Shown here: positions 1-12,829 of the stretch, one piece after another
How positions within the stretch are numbered: the stretch's first letter is position 1
Layout of the letters: each line of letters starts with the position of its first letter
Source: Eremomyces bilateralis CBS 781.70
Lineage: Eukaryota
NCBI GenBank assembly: GCA_010015585.1
Contig: ML975154.1
Reading direction: 5' to 3' (one strand)
Length of the DNA: 62,589 bases
Notes under the pieces: generated by a model
Seen by the model: only the letters and a program-made list of their open reading frames with translations
Database searches by the model: none
What the model was told of the DNA's origin: nothing
Translations under genes and position numbers: made by a program

Positions 1-1441
1 AGTAGTGGATGGCAAGGATGCAGACGAGGAGGCTGAAGAAGAGAGAGATGAGGGTGACGCGGGTGGAGATAAGGGCGGAGGGAGGGGCGTCAGCTTCGGG
101 GGGCGAGTAGTGGGAGGCGAGTTTCGTGGTGATGTCGGTGGTGGAGGGGAGAGCGGTGTAGCCTTTTGCGGAGGAGAAGCGGAGGAGAAGGATGTCGGAC
201 CAGGTGATCTCGGGGTTGCGGGCCCGAAGGTCGGAGAGATAGGCCTGGAAGAAGTGCACGACTGGTTGGAGGATCAGCCAAGCGAGGCTGACCAGTGAGT
301 CAGCCAGCATTATTGCAAGACTGATCCACACGATCCAGCCTTTACTTCCGCGTTCCCAATCTCTGACCGGACCAGGTGCCCAGTTCTTGGCTTTAGCTAA
401 AGGGGACAAGATCCCCCAGCCGAGGATTGCCCCTAGCAGCATATGTATGGTTGTTTCCGGACCCATGATGATGCCCTGTCCAATATATGCAGGAGAGGGA
501 TTAAGCGTCCAAAGCCATTGAGACTCCAGATACGTCCCGAAGATAGGGATATCGCGGAGTCGAGGGATGAAGTAGGAGATGACTGTATAGAGAGCAGATA
601 TACCGAATGACACGACGAGAAGATTGATCTTGGCTTTCCAGTCGTCTCGTCGGCTATCATCCGCCTCAAGATCGCTCTCTTCTTCTGCTTCTTCCAGCGA
701 ATCTCTCCCATGCGACTCCGATAGGACCAGCTGCTCCGTCTCTTCCTCATCTGCATCTGTTTTCCGCCCCTCCTGCTCGATAATTGCCTTCTCCTCACTC
801 TTCCCATGGAGCAGCGCAATCATATGCGCCGTCGCCGTCCCACTCGGAAACTTCAACTTCTCCCGAATAATCACCTGCCGCCTCAACGGCACCGCGAACA
901 CCACCCCAAAAAAACAAATCCCCACCGCCCACACGATCAGCTTCCACAGCCCCAACCGCAACGGTCCGCCCTCCTCGTCTTTCAGCAAGAAATTCAATGC
1001 AGGCATCACCCCCACGAACCCGCACCCCAGTGGCATCGTCCCCACGCTCCCCGCGACCGTCTGCACCAGCACGTTCTCCACCGGCGTAAACGGTAGCTCC
1101 ACCGGCAGCGCCTTCTGGATGCTACGGAAGAACGCGAAGCCGATCAGCGCCGACGGCATCGCCATGCTGGACACCCAGCCGGTCTGTAGGCCGAAGTAGG
1201 TGTTGCTGAAGCAGATGATCACGCCGATTCCGAGACCGACGAGGAGGGCGCGTAATGTGAAGTTCTGCGGCGCGGTGCTGCGGGCGGCGAGGGAGGCGGC
1301 GGCGGAAGAGCGGGTGCGGCGGAGGTGGGGGGTTGAGCCATATTGGGAGGAGCGTAACCGGGAGCGGGAGAGGTGAGAGTCAGAGCGCGCGATATGACTA
1401 GTCGAGGGAGAAGGGGAGGAGGATCCCCTGTCGGGCGCCAT
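1..1441 (-). CDS. OPT-superfamily oligopeptide/metal-chelate transporter (YSL/YGL114W-like); 3' end lies outside the window
   Basis: Uninterrupted minus-strand frame from ATG 1441 off the left edge, so absent from the ORF track. It reads QNFTLRALLVGLGIGVIICFSNTYFGLQTGWVSSMAMPSALIGF...FTPVENVLVQTVAGSVGTMPLGCGFVGVMPAL...FAVPLRRQVIIREKLKFPSGTATA...SPAYIGQGIIMG, typical OPT-family motifs with many TM segments. Confidence 0.9.
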   Translation of the reverse strand, partial: MAPDRGSSSPSPSTSHIARSDSHLSRSRLRSSQYGSTPHLRRTRSSAAASLAARSTAPQNFTLRALLVGLGIGVIICFSNTYFGLQTGWVSSMAMPSALIGFAFFRSIQKALPVELPFTPVENVLVQTVAGSVGTMPLGCGFVGVMPALNFLLKDEEGGPLRLGLWKLIVWAVGICFFGVVFAVPLRRQVIIREKLKFPSGTATAHMIALLHGKSEEKAIIEQEGRKTDADEEETEQLVLSESHGRDSLEEAEEESDLEADDSRRDDWKAKINLLVVSFGISALYTVISYFIPRLRDIPIFGTYLESQWLWTLNPSPAYIGQGIIMGPETTIHMLLGAILGWGILSPLAKAKNWAPGPVRDWERGSKGWIVWISLAIMLADSLVSLAWLILQPVVHFFQAYLSDLRARNPEITWSDILLLRFSSAKGYTALPSTTDITTKLASHYSPPEADAPPSALISTRVTLISLFFSLLVCILAIHY

Positions 1442-3299
1442 GGTGGCTGTGGTGTCGGGATAGAGTTGTTGAATGAACGTGAAGCGAAGATGACGCGAAA
1501 GGTTCACTATGAAGTAGAAGTTGAAGATTAGGCCCATCGTCAACTCGTGATGGCTAGGGTCGATTACGACATCGGAGATAAGCGGTGTTAGAGCCTGGAG
1601 ACGGCAGGGTCACAAATCAAACCCGAACAAAAACACCAACCTCTAGAATAGTGACGAGGAACGCGATGGTGATAAATATATAGTCACAGAGGCTGCTCGT
1701 CACAGTTTTTGAATCATATCCGTCCCTAATATGACCTGAGATCCCAATACTCTCGGATTCGTCACTCCATCTCTGCTGTGGTGCCATTCCCCTGTCTTTC
1801 CAGCAATATCTAAAACCCATATGACCCATCAAGCCTCTAACATGGATGCTAAAAAAACAGTCAGCCATGAGCCGAATAAACATCCGAGTTAACGATCCTC
1901 CAGCGGTTATACCGCTGAAGGCCACACCTCTGCAAGCCGCAAATTTCCAACGATACCCGACCCACCTCCCACACTAGCATTTCCCGCCTCTCGCCCAATT
2001 TCATTGCCGATGTCCTCCCGACAAATCGAAATCCGTCTCCGCCCTCTTCGAAATGCACTCTAAATCCTCGGACAGCTATACGTAGCTCTTCAATATCGCC
2101 TTGGTCGGCGCTAGTGCTGTCTCTGCTATCGATGCCGCCGGCGCCGATGAACCGGGTTTCCATCCTGGTGCTCTTCTGTCTCGAACACCGACAGCAGCGC
2201 AAATATCGGGGATGTGAGGGCGTAGTAGTAATATATGACAAGCCCTTTTTGAAACACGTGGTTTTTACAATGTGTAGCACCTCGGGATGGGGACTATGGC
2301 CTAGGATGTGAATCCTCATTTCTTTCGTGCCATGGACTCGACTCTTGTTCAGAAACCTGCTCATGTGCTGAAAATTGGGCGTATAATCTCGACGATACGG
2401 GCTTAACTCGCCCTGTAGTGCAAAGGACAGCCTCCGCGACGACCTTTTCGGTTACCGAGTCTGCACGGGAACACCTGGGCCAGGTAACGCAGCGTAGGTT
2501 TCTCTGTTTGTGCCAATTTGCGACGGCGCTCGCGGTGAAATGGTCTACTGTGTATAGACTCATAGCCAGGAGTGCCACACGCGACTTTTCAACTCACGGC
2601 AGGACCGCCCGCATCAGCTCCTCAGGCATCTATTGATCAGTTATGGCAGACACGGTAGAACCGGTCCGTTCCCTCCTTCGCTAGCGGCCCGGCTAGCTCG
2701 GGTGCGTATTTGACTGCGCCCAGCTTGCAGGCCGTAGTGATGAGAAAGTCTGGTGTTGTTGGCACGTCATGTTTTAGGCGATCTGGGCCGGTAAGTTGTC
2801 GTCAGCCCCATGGCCCATTCGTAGCATTGGTAAGCGATGGTTGTCCGCCAATTTGGCCAAGGTTGTGGGATGGATGCTCTGCAATACAATGAATGGAATA
2901 CCATCTGTGGTACATTTAATATTCCTCTCTTGCAGTAAATCGTCGCTCAATGCATCGCATTTGACTCCAATCCCCTTGTAAGGCATCTGAAATTGAGGAT
3001 GTAGAAGAGCGCTGGCTGTTGCTAGAGAAAGCTGGCTTGTAATGGTCATGGCCACAGTTACTGCCATCACCAGGATGCTATTTCGACCCATATAAAGCTC
3101 CTTTGTGTGACCAAATGGGTCGTGTCATGCCAAATGGACTGAAAGCAAACTAATGGAGGAGAATAGAAAACTCTTTCAAGACTTGAATAGGAGCTGAGGC
3201 TACAGAAGCAATTGAGTAATCCAATTCTCCTCCACTTCATAGGAGACATAAAGTTGGGTCAAAGGCGGCGGACAGGAGACTTATTGCAGTGTCGGTGAT

Positions 3300-4400
3300 G
3301 CTTCATAATAGAGATGGGCAGTTTCTTGCAGTTACCAATTCCATTCACCTTCAAGCCAAATACTTTCGACCCACAGCCTAGAACAAGTACCAAGGTCGGC
3401 TTAAATCAATCGTAGTTAACATTTATTCAGCCTGCGAATATACACGAATTTTGGTAGCGTAGTATCAGCGTCTGTTGTGGAGTGTAGTACTTGAGATGCA
3501 TCTCTATCAGTCCTTCGCCGCTGGTAATGAATATTCACAGACAAAACTTGCTGTAACCTGGGATGAGTCTTATCCGTAGAGTCCATGAGATTAGCTAAAT
3601 GCACAGGTATGAGGTAACTGGAGCGACTTGACCAGGATTAAGAAGCCGTGCATCCCTATCAGTTGTTGTCTTTTGACTTGTTGTCTTGGCGAACTAGAGG
3701 ATTAGATTATTCCCGGTGACGCATAGGCTGCATATTGTATGACTTTGTGATTCTTCGGCAACTATACCGTCTGTTCCGAATTTTGTGCATGTCGTCGGAT
3801 CCCGAATTCCACGTATTCCACCCTACTCCATACAGGTGCTGTGTCTGTAATACCGGCAACTTCGATGTCCCACAATGATCATCGCTGGGACCAGTCGGTC
3901 CCTCCCGCCGCTAACAGCGCCAGCTCTTGGGCTATCCACAGCCTTCTGGATCCACCCCATCAGCCCCTGCTCCGTAATCTAACCTTAAAATGATCGTGGT
4001 AGCTCAACTTCCCCTGTTGTTCGTCCATTGCTTACGGTATTCTTTGAAGTTCCCCATACTGTAGCAGTCCGGATTGACAGTGAACCCATTGAAAGGACGC
4101 GAGGAAGGTGCCATATCTCAGATGCGGCCTCCCATATGTCCTCGGCATATTCCACGCTGTCGTGACTCTCTTCGGACCCCTTTTAAGATGAGGTCGACGA
4201 CTAAACAACGACTAAACGACGAGGATCATCTGCACGTTTCCAGATACCATCATCGTTGTCTTCAATACGTCTCTCCGCCCTTCAATCCCCTCTGCCTGGC
4301 CCTTCTCATCAGGGACCATCGTCCTCCTAGCCAGAGTCCCCGGCTGAGGGTCGATCTCCCAAGCGTAGAGACGAGATGGAGAGCGTGGAATGCCACAGCA
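3300..4400 (-). pseudogene. Possible heavily decayed HET-domain (heterokaryon incompatibility) gene relic
   Basis: Minus-strand fragments in different frames fall in the order expected for HET-domain proteins: RGLWL, PDEKGQ, RRLWIAQELAL (3915-3947; HET C-terminal R-x-W-x-x-QE motif), RLIPGYSK, IDLSRPW, LKVNG. Many stops and frameshifts. Boundaries approximate. Confidence 0.3.
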
Positions 4401-5880
4401 ACTATTGACGCTGCGTCCGCCGTGGACCAAGCCAAGGAAAATCCATGCAGAAGCTGCGACATTTCGCACCTGCTGCGGTTCGGTTGGGTACTGCAGCCAC
4501 CCCCGTCCGTTTCTGCAACCTTAAGTCGACGACGCCTCATCCCCTCGCTTTCGACATAAACAACAACGCTCAAACTCCCAACAGCGCCTCGCTTTTCTCT
4601 TGAACTAAATGATGCGGCCATAGAAATTGTAGCGGATATCCCTATATTATATGTCCTCGTGTTATCTGCCGTGTCTGAGTTTGTTCGGGAAGTATACTGG
4701 AGTCTCCTTTGCTTTTCATAGTACTGTGCGTTTTTGAGAGGCGCGATGAACTGCAGTGCGTTGGCTTTGCGTTGTCTTTGCGTTTCTACATGTCGATGTT
4801 CTAGCGATCTTGTGGATGAATTGAATCCTGGCTATGGCATTGGACCACAGCGAACATATCCTAGATATAGAGTCAGGAATATATATGCCCCTTCAGTCCT
4901 TGCTCTTGCCATTGCGTTCAAGATGGAGCGCTGTCCTATATGGGCGAAGTCACTCACCTCATATATATCTTATTTCATGCAGAAGAAGAACAAGATCCAA
5001 AAATATATCAGTCCATGTTAATATGCCTGAAAGAACATCAAGAAGAACGAAGTATAACAATCGCTACATTGTTTAAGAAGCGGACTCTGACGAAAATTTA
5101 AGCTCGAAATTGGTTTCTAACACCAGAATACTATATCAGAGCATATGATAACAGTGTTAGTCATCCTTGCCTCGAGCACGGGACAAGGCGTGACGGCATT
5201 TGCCGCCAAAATCCTCCGCCCTTAATGATTTTATTCAGTCACGAGTCTGGTCAATATTGCTATTCGGCTCAATATGGTATACATGGGATCAAAGTGAGTA
5301 ACAACATCGTGGATTGAAGAGTAGAGCATCCCCATGGTCTCAATACCTAGTGAAGAAAGTTGCTTCGAAGGGAAGTTATGTGTCTCATAGCAGAATGGCG
5401 CCTGGTAGTAGAGAAGCTATCCCTCATCAGTTGCCTCCCACTATCCATGGCTCAATTACGGGCTATTGGCGAGCATCACAAGGACATTGGCCCCATTCAC
5501 CTAAACAAGTCATCAGGAATGCTGGAGATCGAGATGGTGAAGGTCACGCTAACACCCGATAGCCCGGTGATATCAGTGAAGGGAGTTGGCTCGAATATGT
5601 GAAGTCGCCCAGCAGGTAGCATGCAAGCTCGTAGACTCACTGGCATGTGAACTCGAACAGCTCACACATGTTTAAATTCTTTAAAAGCTGTCATCTCTCA
5701 CTCATTCCTTTTTCTTCTTTTTTACATCTCACACACAACCCAATTCTGCACTTGGATAGTATCCTCAAACCCCCAGTCCTCCCGAAGATCAATATCAAGA
5801 TTCATCCATTCCAAGCAGGGCATCGGGTTTAGATATTCGACTATCACCGGATATCCTCTTGACTGGTCGCTTCAGGTGAG

Positions 5881-8180
5881 ATGGATAACGGTCATCGTCG
5901 GATGGCAATCGAAGGAATACTCAACGACCCCGAGGCCAGCTCGTAAGTCAACCGTTCTTTATTACTCAACCTGTATCATGAGCTGATCTTGACATCTCTA
6001 GTGTCCCGGAGCCAAGAGACCCGCCATCATCGCCGCCGCCACTTCGATGTGATTCTGATATGGCGCCCCCACTGGCCAGAGAGTAAGCCGTTCTCGCTGA
6101 TGATTATCGCCTACATATACTAATGAATTCTAGGGGGCAAGATAATGACCAGAGCGGCCGCTCCGGTGTACCTCACCGCCAACAGTCCGATGATGTCAAC
6201 GAAGTCGGTTGTGGTCGTCTCAGTCACGGTGTTGCCTGGCCTGTCTCGACCAGCGCTCATCACTCGTCCCTAGGTGATAATCGTCGAGATACTTTGCGAT
6301 CGACGAGCACTGACAGTGCCGGCGAGCGAGGAGCCTTAGCTCTCATGTCAATGAGTGATGTGTCCACCATCACCATCTCACTGCGACAGACCGGGTTGAC
6401 TCTCCGCCTACTGAATGGGGACCAATTCATTCCTCAACCAGAGACTCAAGCATCCCTGCTCAGGGTCCTAGTGCTGGCATTGCCGCTCTATGCCGATGAG
6501 CTTCTAGCATTGAATCGTGTGAACCTCGCCACCAGGACTCAGATGAGCGGCCCTATTGGAGCGTTCTCGCCATCGCTTAATGGAGCAAGGAACTCCGCCG
6601 GTCGGGCCAGTGGTCGTTCGGATGTCACTGAGTGCGATGCTGACCTTCCACAACTTCATGACCTCACATCAGGTGGCTACTTTGGTTCCGTCGACCAGAC
6701 CGGATCGTCAACAAACGCCGTCGACCAGATGTCAGCCACGTCTCATCGAAATGCCTCCTATCGACCAGGTCACCACCTCACCAGTGGCTTGGCATTCACT
6801 CCTATCAACCCCACCGGCACTAGTGGATCAACTTTCACTCCTATCAACCGGAGCCGAGACGATACTGAAGATGAGGATAATCAGCCGAGCCCTGTCTTGC
6901 CCGTTGTCCGCCGCAATATTACGGCGATCCGCAACCCGCGGACTAATCTTCATCCCGCCGACCTTGATGAACTCTTGCCATCGTGCATCAGCTTGCACAC
7001 TGGTTATGATCCTTCTCCACGGGGCGCGGACACCTTCCCTCCTGGCTCGCGCGAGGCAATCAGGTACCACAATTACCGGTTCTTTTGCGATCATCCGGAC
7101 AACGACGAGAATACGCCGTGCGACATCCAGCTTCGCGACCACAACTACGACATTGAGAGGACTTGTGTTGCCGATTGCTTTGGGCGCAACAAGGTGGAGA
7201 CAAAGGCCATTCCCCGAAAGCTTCGGTACTGCCGCAAGCACTACCAGAAAGTGTCTTACCGGAAGGGACGTTGGTTAAAACACCGTGTCGAGATGGTCAA
7301 GCGACAGATTGAGATGCTCCATTATGACCGTCCGACCATTCGCTTCCGCGTGCAGCTTCGTTCCACCAAGCTTCGTGAGTTGGAACGTGTTTATGCCAAC
7401 CTTCAGGCGATTCATGCCCGCCTTGGTGACATTCGTCAAGCGATCATGGACGAAACCTTCGTCCCGCTCATTGATGATTTCCTCATCAATGACCAGAAGT
7501 GCACCCTCCTTCTGAACTCCGAGGCCCGCGAAGAAGCATTCACAACTATGAAAGACCACTACGCGAACTTTCTGATAAACGAATATCACACGACCGAACA
7601 TGTGCACCCTGACACGTGCCTCATGATCTGCAATCTCATCGCCCGGATGATCAAGTGCCGAATCCTTAAGGCATTTGATGGAGTTGAATTTCTTCCAGAA
7701 CTCGATGCACAACTCAACCGCATCCATCGTCCTCGCACCACCCACAGAACTCGAAGCCAATGGGACCCATCGAGCCAAGCCGGACCCTCAAGTGATAGCA
7801 CCGCTGATCCTGCATCAAGCAATGGCAATGACTCCCCCCAAGCCTCTGGGTCATTTAGTGTCCTCCCGTCTTCTCACGCTGGCCAATCCTCCCCCCTCGG
7901 TCGCCTCAATCTCAGTTCCTCTCCGTCCGCCCTTCGTGAGCAGTCCTCTGCATCTGACGCGACTCCAAATCACCCTCGCAAGCGCCGACAGTACGGCATG
8001 GTTGCTGTTGCGCCTAAGGACTCGAAGTACCCGGGCTATGATACGGAAAATGACCCATATGAAACGGATTCGGCGGTCGACCCTGATGAGACTGAGTGGG
8101 AGCAGAAACCCGAGATTGAGAAGCCGGTGCAGCAGATCAAGCGCGTGAAGCTCACGCACAAGGCTGCTGGCAAGTTCTAG
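5881..8180 (+). CDS. Ascomycete-specific hypothetical protein with FGRNK...YCRKHYQ domain (ORP1-like)
   Basis: Exons 5881-5942, 6002-6082, 6134-8180; introns GTAAGT..CTAG (59 nt) and GTAAGC..CTAG (51 nt, TACTAAT branch) join in frame with the 685-aa ORF. Central motif CFGRNKVETKAIPRKLRYCRKHYQKVSYR resembles fungal proteins annotated 'ORP1-like' (from memory). Basic C-terminal NLS-like patches (PRKRR, KRVKL). Confidence 0.75.
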
Positions 8181-9083
8181 CGGTGCCATGCCTGGCATTC
8201 ACAACACACGCTCTTCGATGCACACACAAGTTATTCACGTGCTTTCCTTCGGTCGCTAGCAGTTCGTGCATTTTCGATTCCGTTATCATCTCCGAATTGC
8301 ATGAGATGAGCCACCCGATCCTATCCTCATAGGTTGGAACCAAACCAGTGATACATGGAGTGTGAGAATGGGTCATATGCAACACCAACGGAGACCACCA
8401 TGGGGCGTTCAGGTTGCTCTTGGGGAGTGGATCCGCCACGTTATTTTCAGTGGAAACAAACGACACGAAAGACCAAAAAAAGGAAAACCCACAAGGTGGG
8501 TGAGAGAGACGGGCGCACAACGTTGCTTTTACATTTTTGGATCAATTCTCATTGTGTATTTCTTCTTTTCTACTTTCGGGGACTGGAGTCACTCAACACT
8601 CCACACTTCTACACCTTGCTTTTCGACTACCTTCACACCTTGTATTATCAGGAACCCTTTTTCACGGCACATCACCATTCAACCACCCTTCCCAGTACAT
8701 CAGATTTCGACATTTCGTGTGACGGGCTCGAGACACAGGCTCAATAACTTTGAAAAGTTTGATTTAGATCATGGGGCGGAGGTGGACGTTTCTCGATCAG
8801 GGAGGCAAGGGGGGCTATAGAGAAGGACAACCAAACATCCACAACTGTGGAGTGTTTTCATGGCGATACGACAGAGAAGGGCGATGAGCATCAAGCATCA
8901 GAGCAGCGGACATTATCATAGGCAGAATTGGATAACCATTAGCAGAATTGACAAAACCCTCCCAGTTGAGCACACGTGATAAAACTTCTACACATTCATT
9001 CCGTATTGTACAGCTCGGATGGTAAAACCGCCTATTTGCCAGTCTATAGATACATGACCCGCGATCAGGTTCGCAATCCCTTC

Positions 9084-10679
9084 CTATTCCTCATACGAAT
9101 CAAATATTTCCCTCCGCCTCCCCTCCAAGATCCCATCCACGGCAGATCTAACCAGTCCCGCAATCTTCTCCGACATGAACAAGATCCCCAACTCCTGACT
9201 TGTATACCAGCTCGCCCGATCCATATTCCCCGACCCAAGCACCGTGTACACCCCGTCGAAAATGACCAGCTTCAGATGCGACTGAACCGGTTCTTCAGGC
9301 ACGTTGCTCGTCATATTTGCTTGATTCGGGTGGAAGTAGGAGATTCGAAGGCGGCCGAGGAGAGGGGGTTGGGATTCGAGGGCGTCGGATGTCTGGGACG
9401 GGGAGGCGGAGCTTGAGGAGGCCGAGGAGAGAGAGATGTACTGCTTGATTAGCTTCCTGATGCAACGCGAAGTGGTTGTACCGGCGGTAAGTAGCTGCTC
9501 GAGCGTCATCATGCCTTTGCTTGTGGTGATGGTGACATCGACACCGCGCTGGAGGGCCTGAATTATCAGCTCCAGGACTGGTGGTGATGTGAGGTTGGGA
9601 GTCTGGATATAGATAGAGCGGGTGGTGAGGTGGAAGAGTTTCGTGATGGCTTCGTTGAGTGGAGTGGGCGGCGGAGCATGGTAACGTTGGAATGGAAGAC
9701 GGAAATGTGGATTGCGATGGTGAGAGGATGGGAGGAGAATCGTCGGTATCTTCTGCAACGGAGATTCCGGCTTCAGGACAGTACTCGTAGGACTGGTGAT
9801 ATCTTTTATCCACCCTGCATTCCTCAACCCCTCTGCGTCCTTCATCCTCTCGAATGGTTCGAACTTCTGAGGGTTTTCCCTCCAGCGCAAGTAAGTCGCC
9901 GGAAACGTGCAGGGCGGCACCACTCCGTCCTTCCCTACTTCCCAAACTTCCCAATAAAACTGTAGCAGTTTGGAAATCACCTCTCCTTTCACCTCAACGC
10001 ATCCTTCTAACCACGCTTCCCAACTGACGTTGCAGCTAGGCAACCAGGCTCTTTCTCGATCGATGATTAGGAACTTCGGGTGCATGACGCTGAAGGGTAG
10101 TAGAAACAGGCTCTTGACTTGCAAGTCGATGAACCCATCTTCCAGCACCTGTTGCGAGGGCAACCCGAGTTTCGAATTCCATTGTGAGGGAGGGAATATA
10201 TACCCCGCCCTTGATTGCGGATGGAGGAGTTTCTGCAGCGCAGAGAGAGAGGAGAGGTGGATGCGGACACGGAGAACAGGGGGAGATTCCCCGTCCTCTG
10301 AAGTTCTAGGTGTCTTACTCAAGTGCTCCTTCCGGAATTCAGCAAGCCGCGAAAGCGTTTCAGAGAGCGATGTGAGCGTACTGGACTTTGCCCAGAAGCA
10401 GGTGACGAGGATGATCTCGGACTTGGCAGATAGGAAGGCTTGAAGGAGGCTGTTGGCGTATATTGAGGCGCCTGTACCTAGTTCCAAGGAGTGGAATTCG
10501 GAGTATGCGAAGAGGGAGTGTGAGTTAGCGATATGGTAGTTCGGGAAGTCGGATTCTGAGGCTCGGTCCCCTATGTCGTGGAAGTCCTTGGGGAAGCCTT
10601 TGTCTGGAAGGTTGCTCGCTTCATCGGGACCGTCAGAACACGCTCCGATAGGTAAGGAGGTGCTAAGATCGGGGTTCAT
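9084..10679 (-). CDS. Phospholipase D / nuclease superfamily protein with two HKD motifs
   Basis: Single 531-aa ORF with HPKFLIID and HLKLVIFD...GSGNMDRASW (HxKxxxxD twice), plus SIYIQTPN. Confidence 0.9.
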   Translation of the reverse strand: MNPDLSTSLPIGACSDGPDEASNLPDKGFPKDFHDIGDRASESDFPNYHIANSHSLFAYSEFHSLELGTGASIYANSLLQAFLSAKSEIILVTCFWAKSSTLTSLSETLSRLAEFRKEHLSKTPRTSEDGESPPVLRVRIHLSSLSALQKLLHPQSRAGYIFPPSQWNSKLGLPSQQVLEDGFIDLQVKSLFLLPFSVMHPKFLIIDRERAWLPSCNVSWEAWLEGCVEVKGEVISKLLQFYWEVWEVGKDGVVPPCTFPATYLRWRENPQKFEPFERMKDAEGLRNAGWIKDITSPTSTVLKPESPLQKIPTILLPSSHHRNPHFRLPFQRYHAPPPTPLNEAITKLFHLTTRSIYIQTPNLTSPPVLELIIQALQRGVDVTITTSKGMMTLEQLLTAGTTTSRCIRKLIKQYISLSSASSSSASPSQTSDALESQPPLLGRLRISYFHPNQANMTSNVPEEPVQSHLKLVIFDGVYTVLGSGNMDRASWYTSQELGILFMSEKIAGLVRSAVDGILEGRRREIFDSYEE

Positions 10680-11462
10680 GATCGTTTCACCGGAATGCCG
10701 AGTAGTAATTATATGGTTGATGAGTATCGAGCGCGTTCTACCTGATTAAGCGCGGGTGGGGTCAAGACTCTACAACTGAATTCTGGCATCGGTTATCGCT
10801 CCATAATGGTCATATCATCATCTTTTCCCGACCATGTCCAGGCTCTTGTAAACTTTAGTAATATTCTAGATCTCTAGGTGTGTTTGTTGAAATACGATAA
10901 AACGACGTTGTGATCACTAAACCCCCCAGCCTTAAACCCGGCATCTCTACCCCTGCAAGGCTTGACGCCATCTTCAACTCGGAGAATTCAATCTCAACTT
11001 CACCTCACCTTATCTTCCTTCTACCAACTTGTTTCTGAATGATCTTCCGGAAACAATGCTACGCTAGAGAATGCGAAGGCCTTCGAGTAGCAAACAGTGC
11101 TTCCGAGACGTTGGAATGTGCCAGTCATCCACCAAAGTGAAACATCAGAACGATTAGGGATGAGGCCTAAACCCGCTCAACGGAATGCGGGAAGAATCCG
11201 CTGAGCAAGGTTTAGTATCATTTTCACATGCGAGAGTCTTGGGGAGTCGAGACTGAGGTCCATAAATATATTCTTGGTGGGATTGGGTCCTTATCTATTC
11301 CGTGATCTGTCGGGTCGTTTCTTTTATTCTTAGAGTCTTCTTTATACGACTGTCAAGCCATGGTTTAAGAGTCAGTTCCTACTTCATGATCTTAAGCAAG
11401 TCTCAATTGCCCTGCAGAGGCCTCAACTCCTTTACGATCCAACTCTAGATATCCAACTCACG

Positions 11463-12652
11463 ATGCCCCACCTACAGCGACATCCCCTCGCGACCACGCC
11501 ATCTCCCTACCCATCGGCTCATCCCGCCAAACCCAGCGACATCTCCAATCAAACTTCCATCCTCTCCCTCGTCCTCCCTACGATCCTCTCCTCTCGCCTC
11601 AGGAAGCTCCCCTACCTTAATTCCAGACCTTCCAGTCCCATGGCCGGCCACAGCGCGAGCCTTTCCACGGAAGACCTGTCCAGATTCGCTACCCCGCCAC
11701 CGATATATACAAGCAGGCCAGGCAGTCAGGACTTCTTCAGCTCTATATCCGGAGATGAAAGTGACGGCGAGACAGATGCCGCATTTCGTATTCCACCGAG
11801 GCGGTCATTGCTCTTAGTAGCCACCCCCACCGCAGAGGCGTCGACGGCCGTGAGGTACGAAGAGAGTAGCGGGATCAATTGGAAGTACGCCAGCCAAGGT
11901 AAATCACTATATCAATCCCCACCCTTACTATCGTACAACAATAATTTACCTCTACCTTCTTAGGTCTGCTCTTCCTCAAATCAGCGTCCACAACCGCGAG
12001 CGCACCCGCTTCAACTCCCTCCGATCGCCCGCTCATCCGCCAACTATACCTCCACTCCCTCAGCTACTTACTGCGTGGGTTACCCGCGGACATGTCCCCC
12101 GCCGAGATGTCGGCCGTACGGAATAGCCTGCCGCCGTCCATGGCCCTCGTTCCTGGTCCGTCTCAGGATATCGTGGAATGCGGGCACTCATGTACTACGA
12201 TAACAACTTGTTCAACTGCGAGGTGCTCTGGACCAAACACAACGCTACAACCCCGCCACGAGCCTTCCATGCTCCACCGATCCATCGCATCCGCCACCAC
12301 CCAGCTCCTCCTCCTAGTCTCTTTCCTATTACCCTATGTGAAATTCCTCCTTGCGTGGCTATACCGGGTTGAGAGAGCCCATCGGATCTCGGAGCGGGTG
12401 GTTACGGGGGGTCTTGGTGCGGTGGAGGGAGGGATGTTGATAGGGAAGCGGGTGGCGGGGATCAATGAGGGGAGAGTGGGGGAGGCGGTGAGGGGTTTGG
12501 TGGTTTGGTGGGCGGTGGGAGTTACTGGGGGGGTGGAGGAGGGGGTGAGGGAGGGGATAAGGCGGTGGGAGAATGTTGATGGGGGTGTCGAAACCGCTGA
12601 AGGACGGTCGTCTAGTGTGAAGAATGGATTGGATGGGAAGCGGATAGGGTGA
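11463..12652 (+). CDS. Conserved fungal hypothetical protein, probable C-terminal membrane segments
   Basis: Intron 11899-11963 (GTAAAT..TTAG) joins the two ORF-track ORFs in frame: SGINWKYASQ-GLLFL...RQLYLHSLSYLLRGLPADMSPAE...LLLLVSFLLPYVKFLL...YRVERAHRISE. Confidence 0.8.
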
Positions 12653-12829
12653 CGCGCGTTAATAGATTTTACGACATTTAGATGATATATGAACGCTTGA
12701 TAGATCGAATATCACGCTGGCTTTTGGATTTGATATCAATTCCTATCGTACTCGTACAGATCCGCCATTCAAGCTTGCCCTCCTAGAGCGCCAATCCCTT
12801 ATTCCCTTTCATAGGCATCTTTCAAGAAC

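Noticed and set aside
1617..3249. Scattered short ORFs including a signal-peptide-like one at 2774-3091
   Set aside because: No recognisable family or coherent exon model; may be decayed coding sequence.
4212..4469. ORF faintly resembling an SMP-30/gluconolactonase blade (RLYAWEIDPQPGTLARR)
   Set aside because: Single weak resemblance with no flanking support; overlaps the alternative HET-relic reading.
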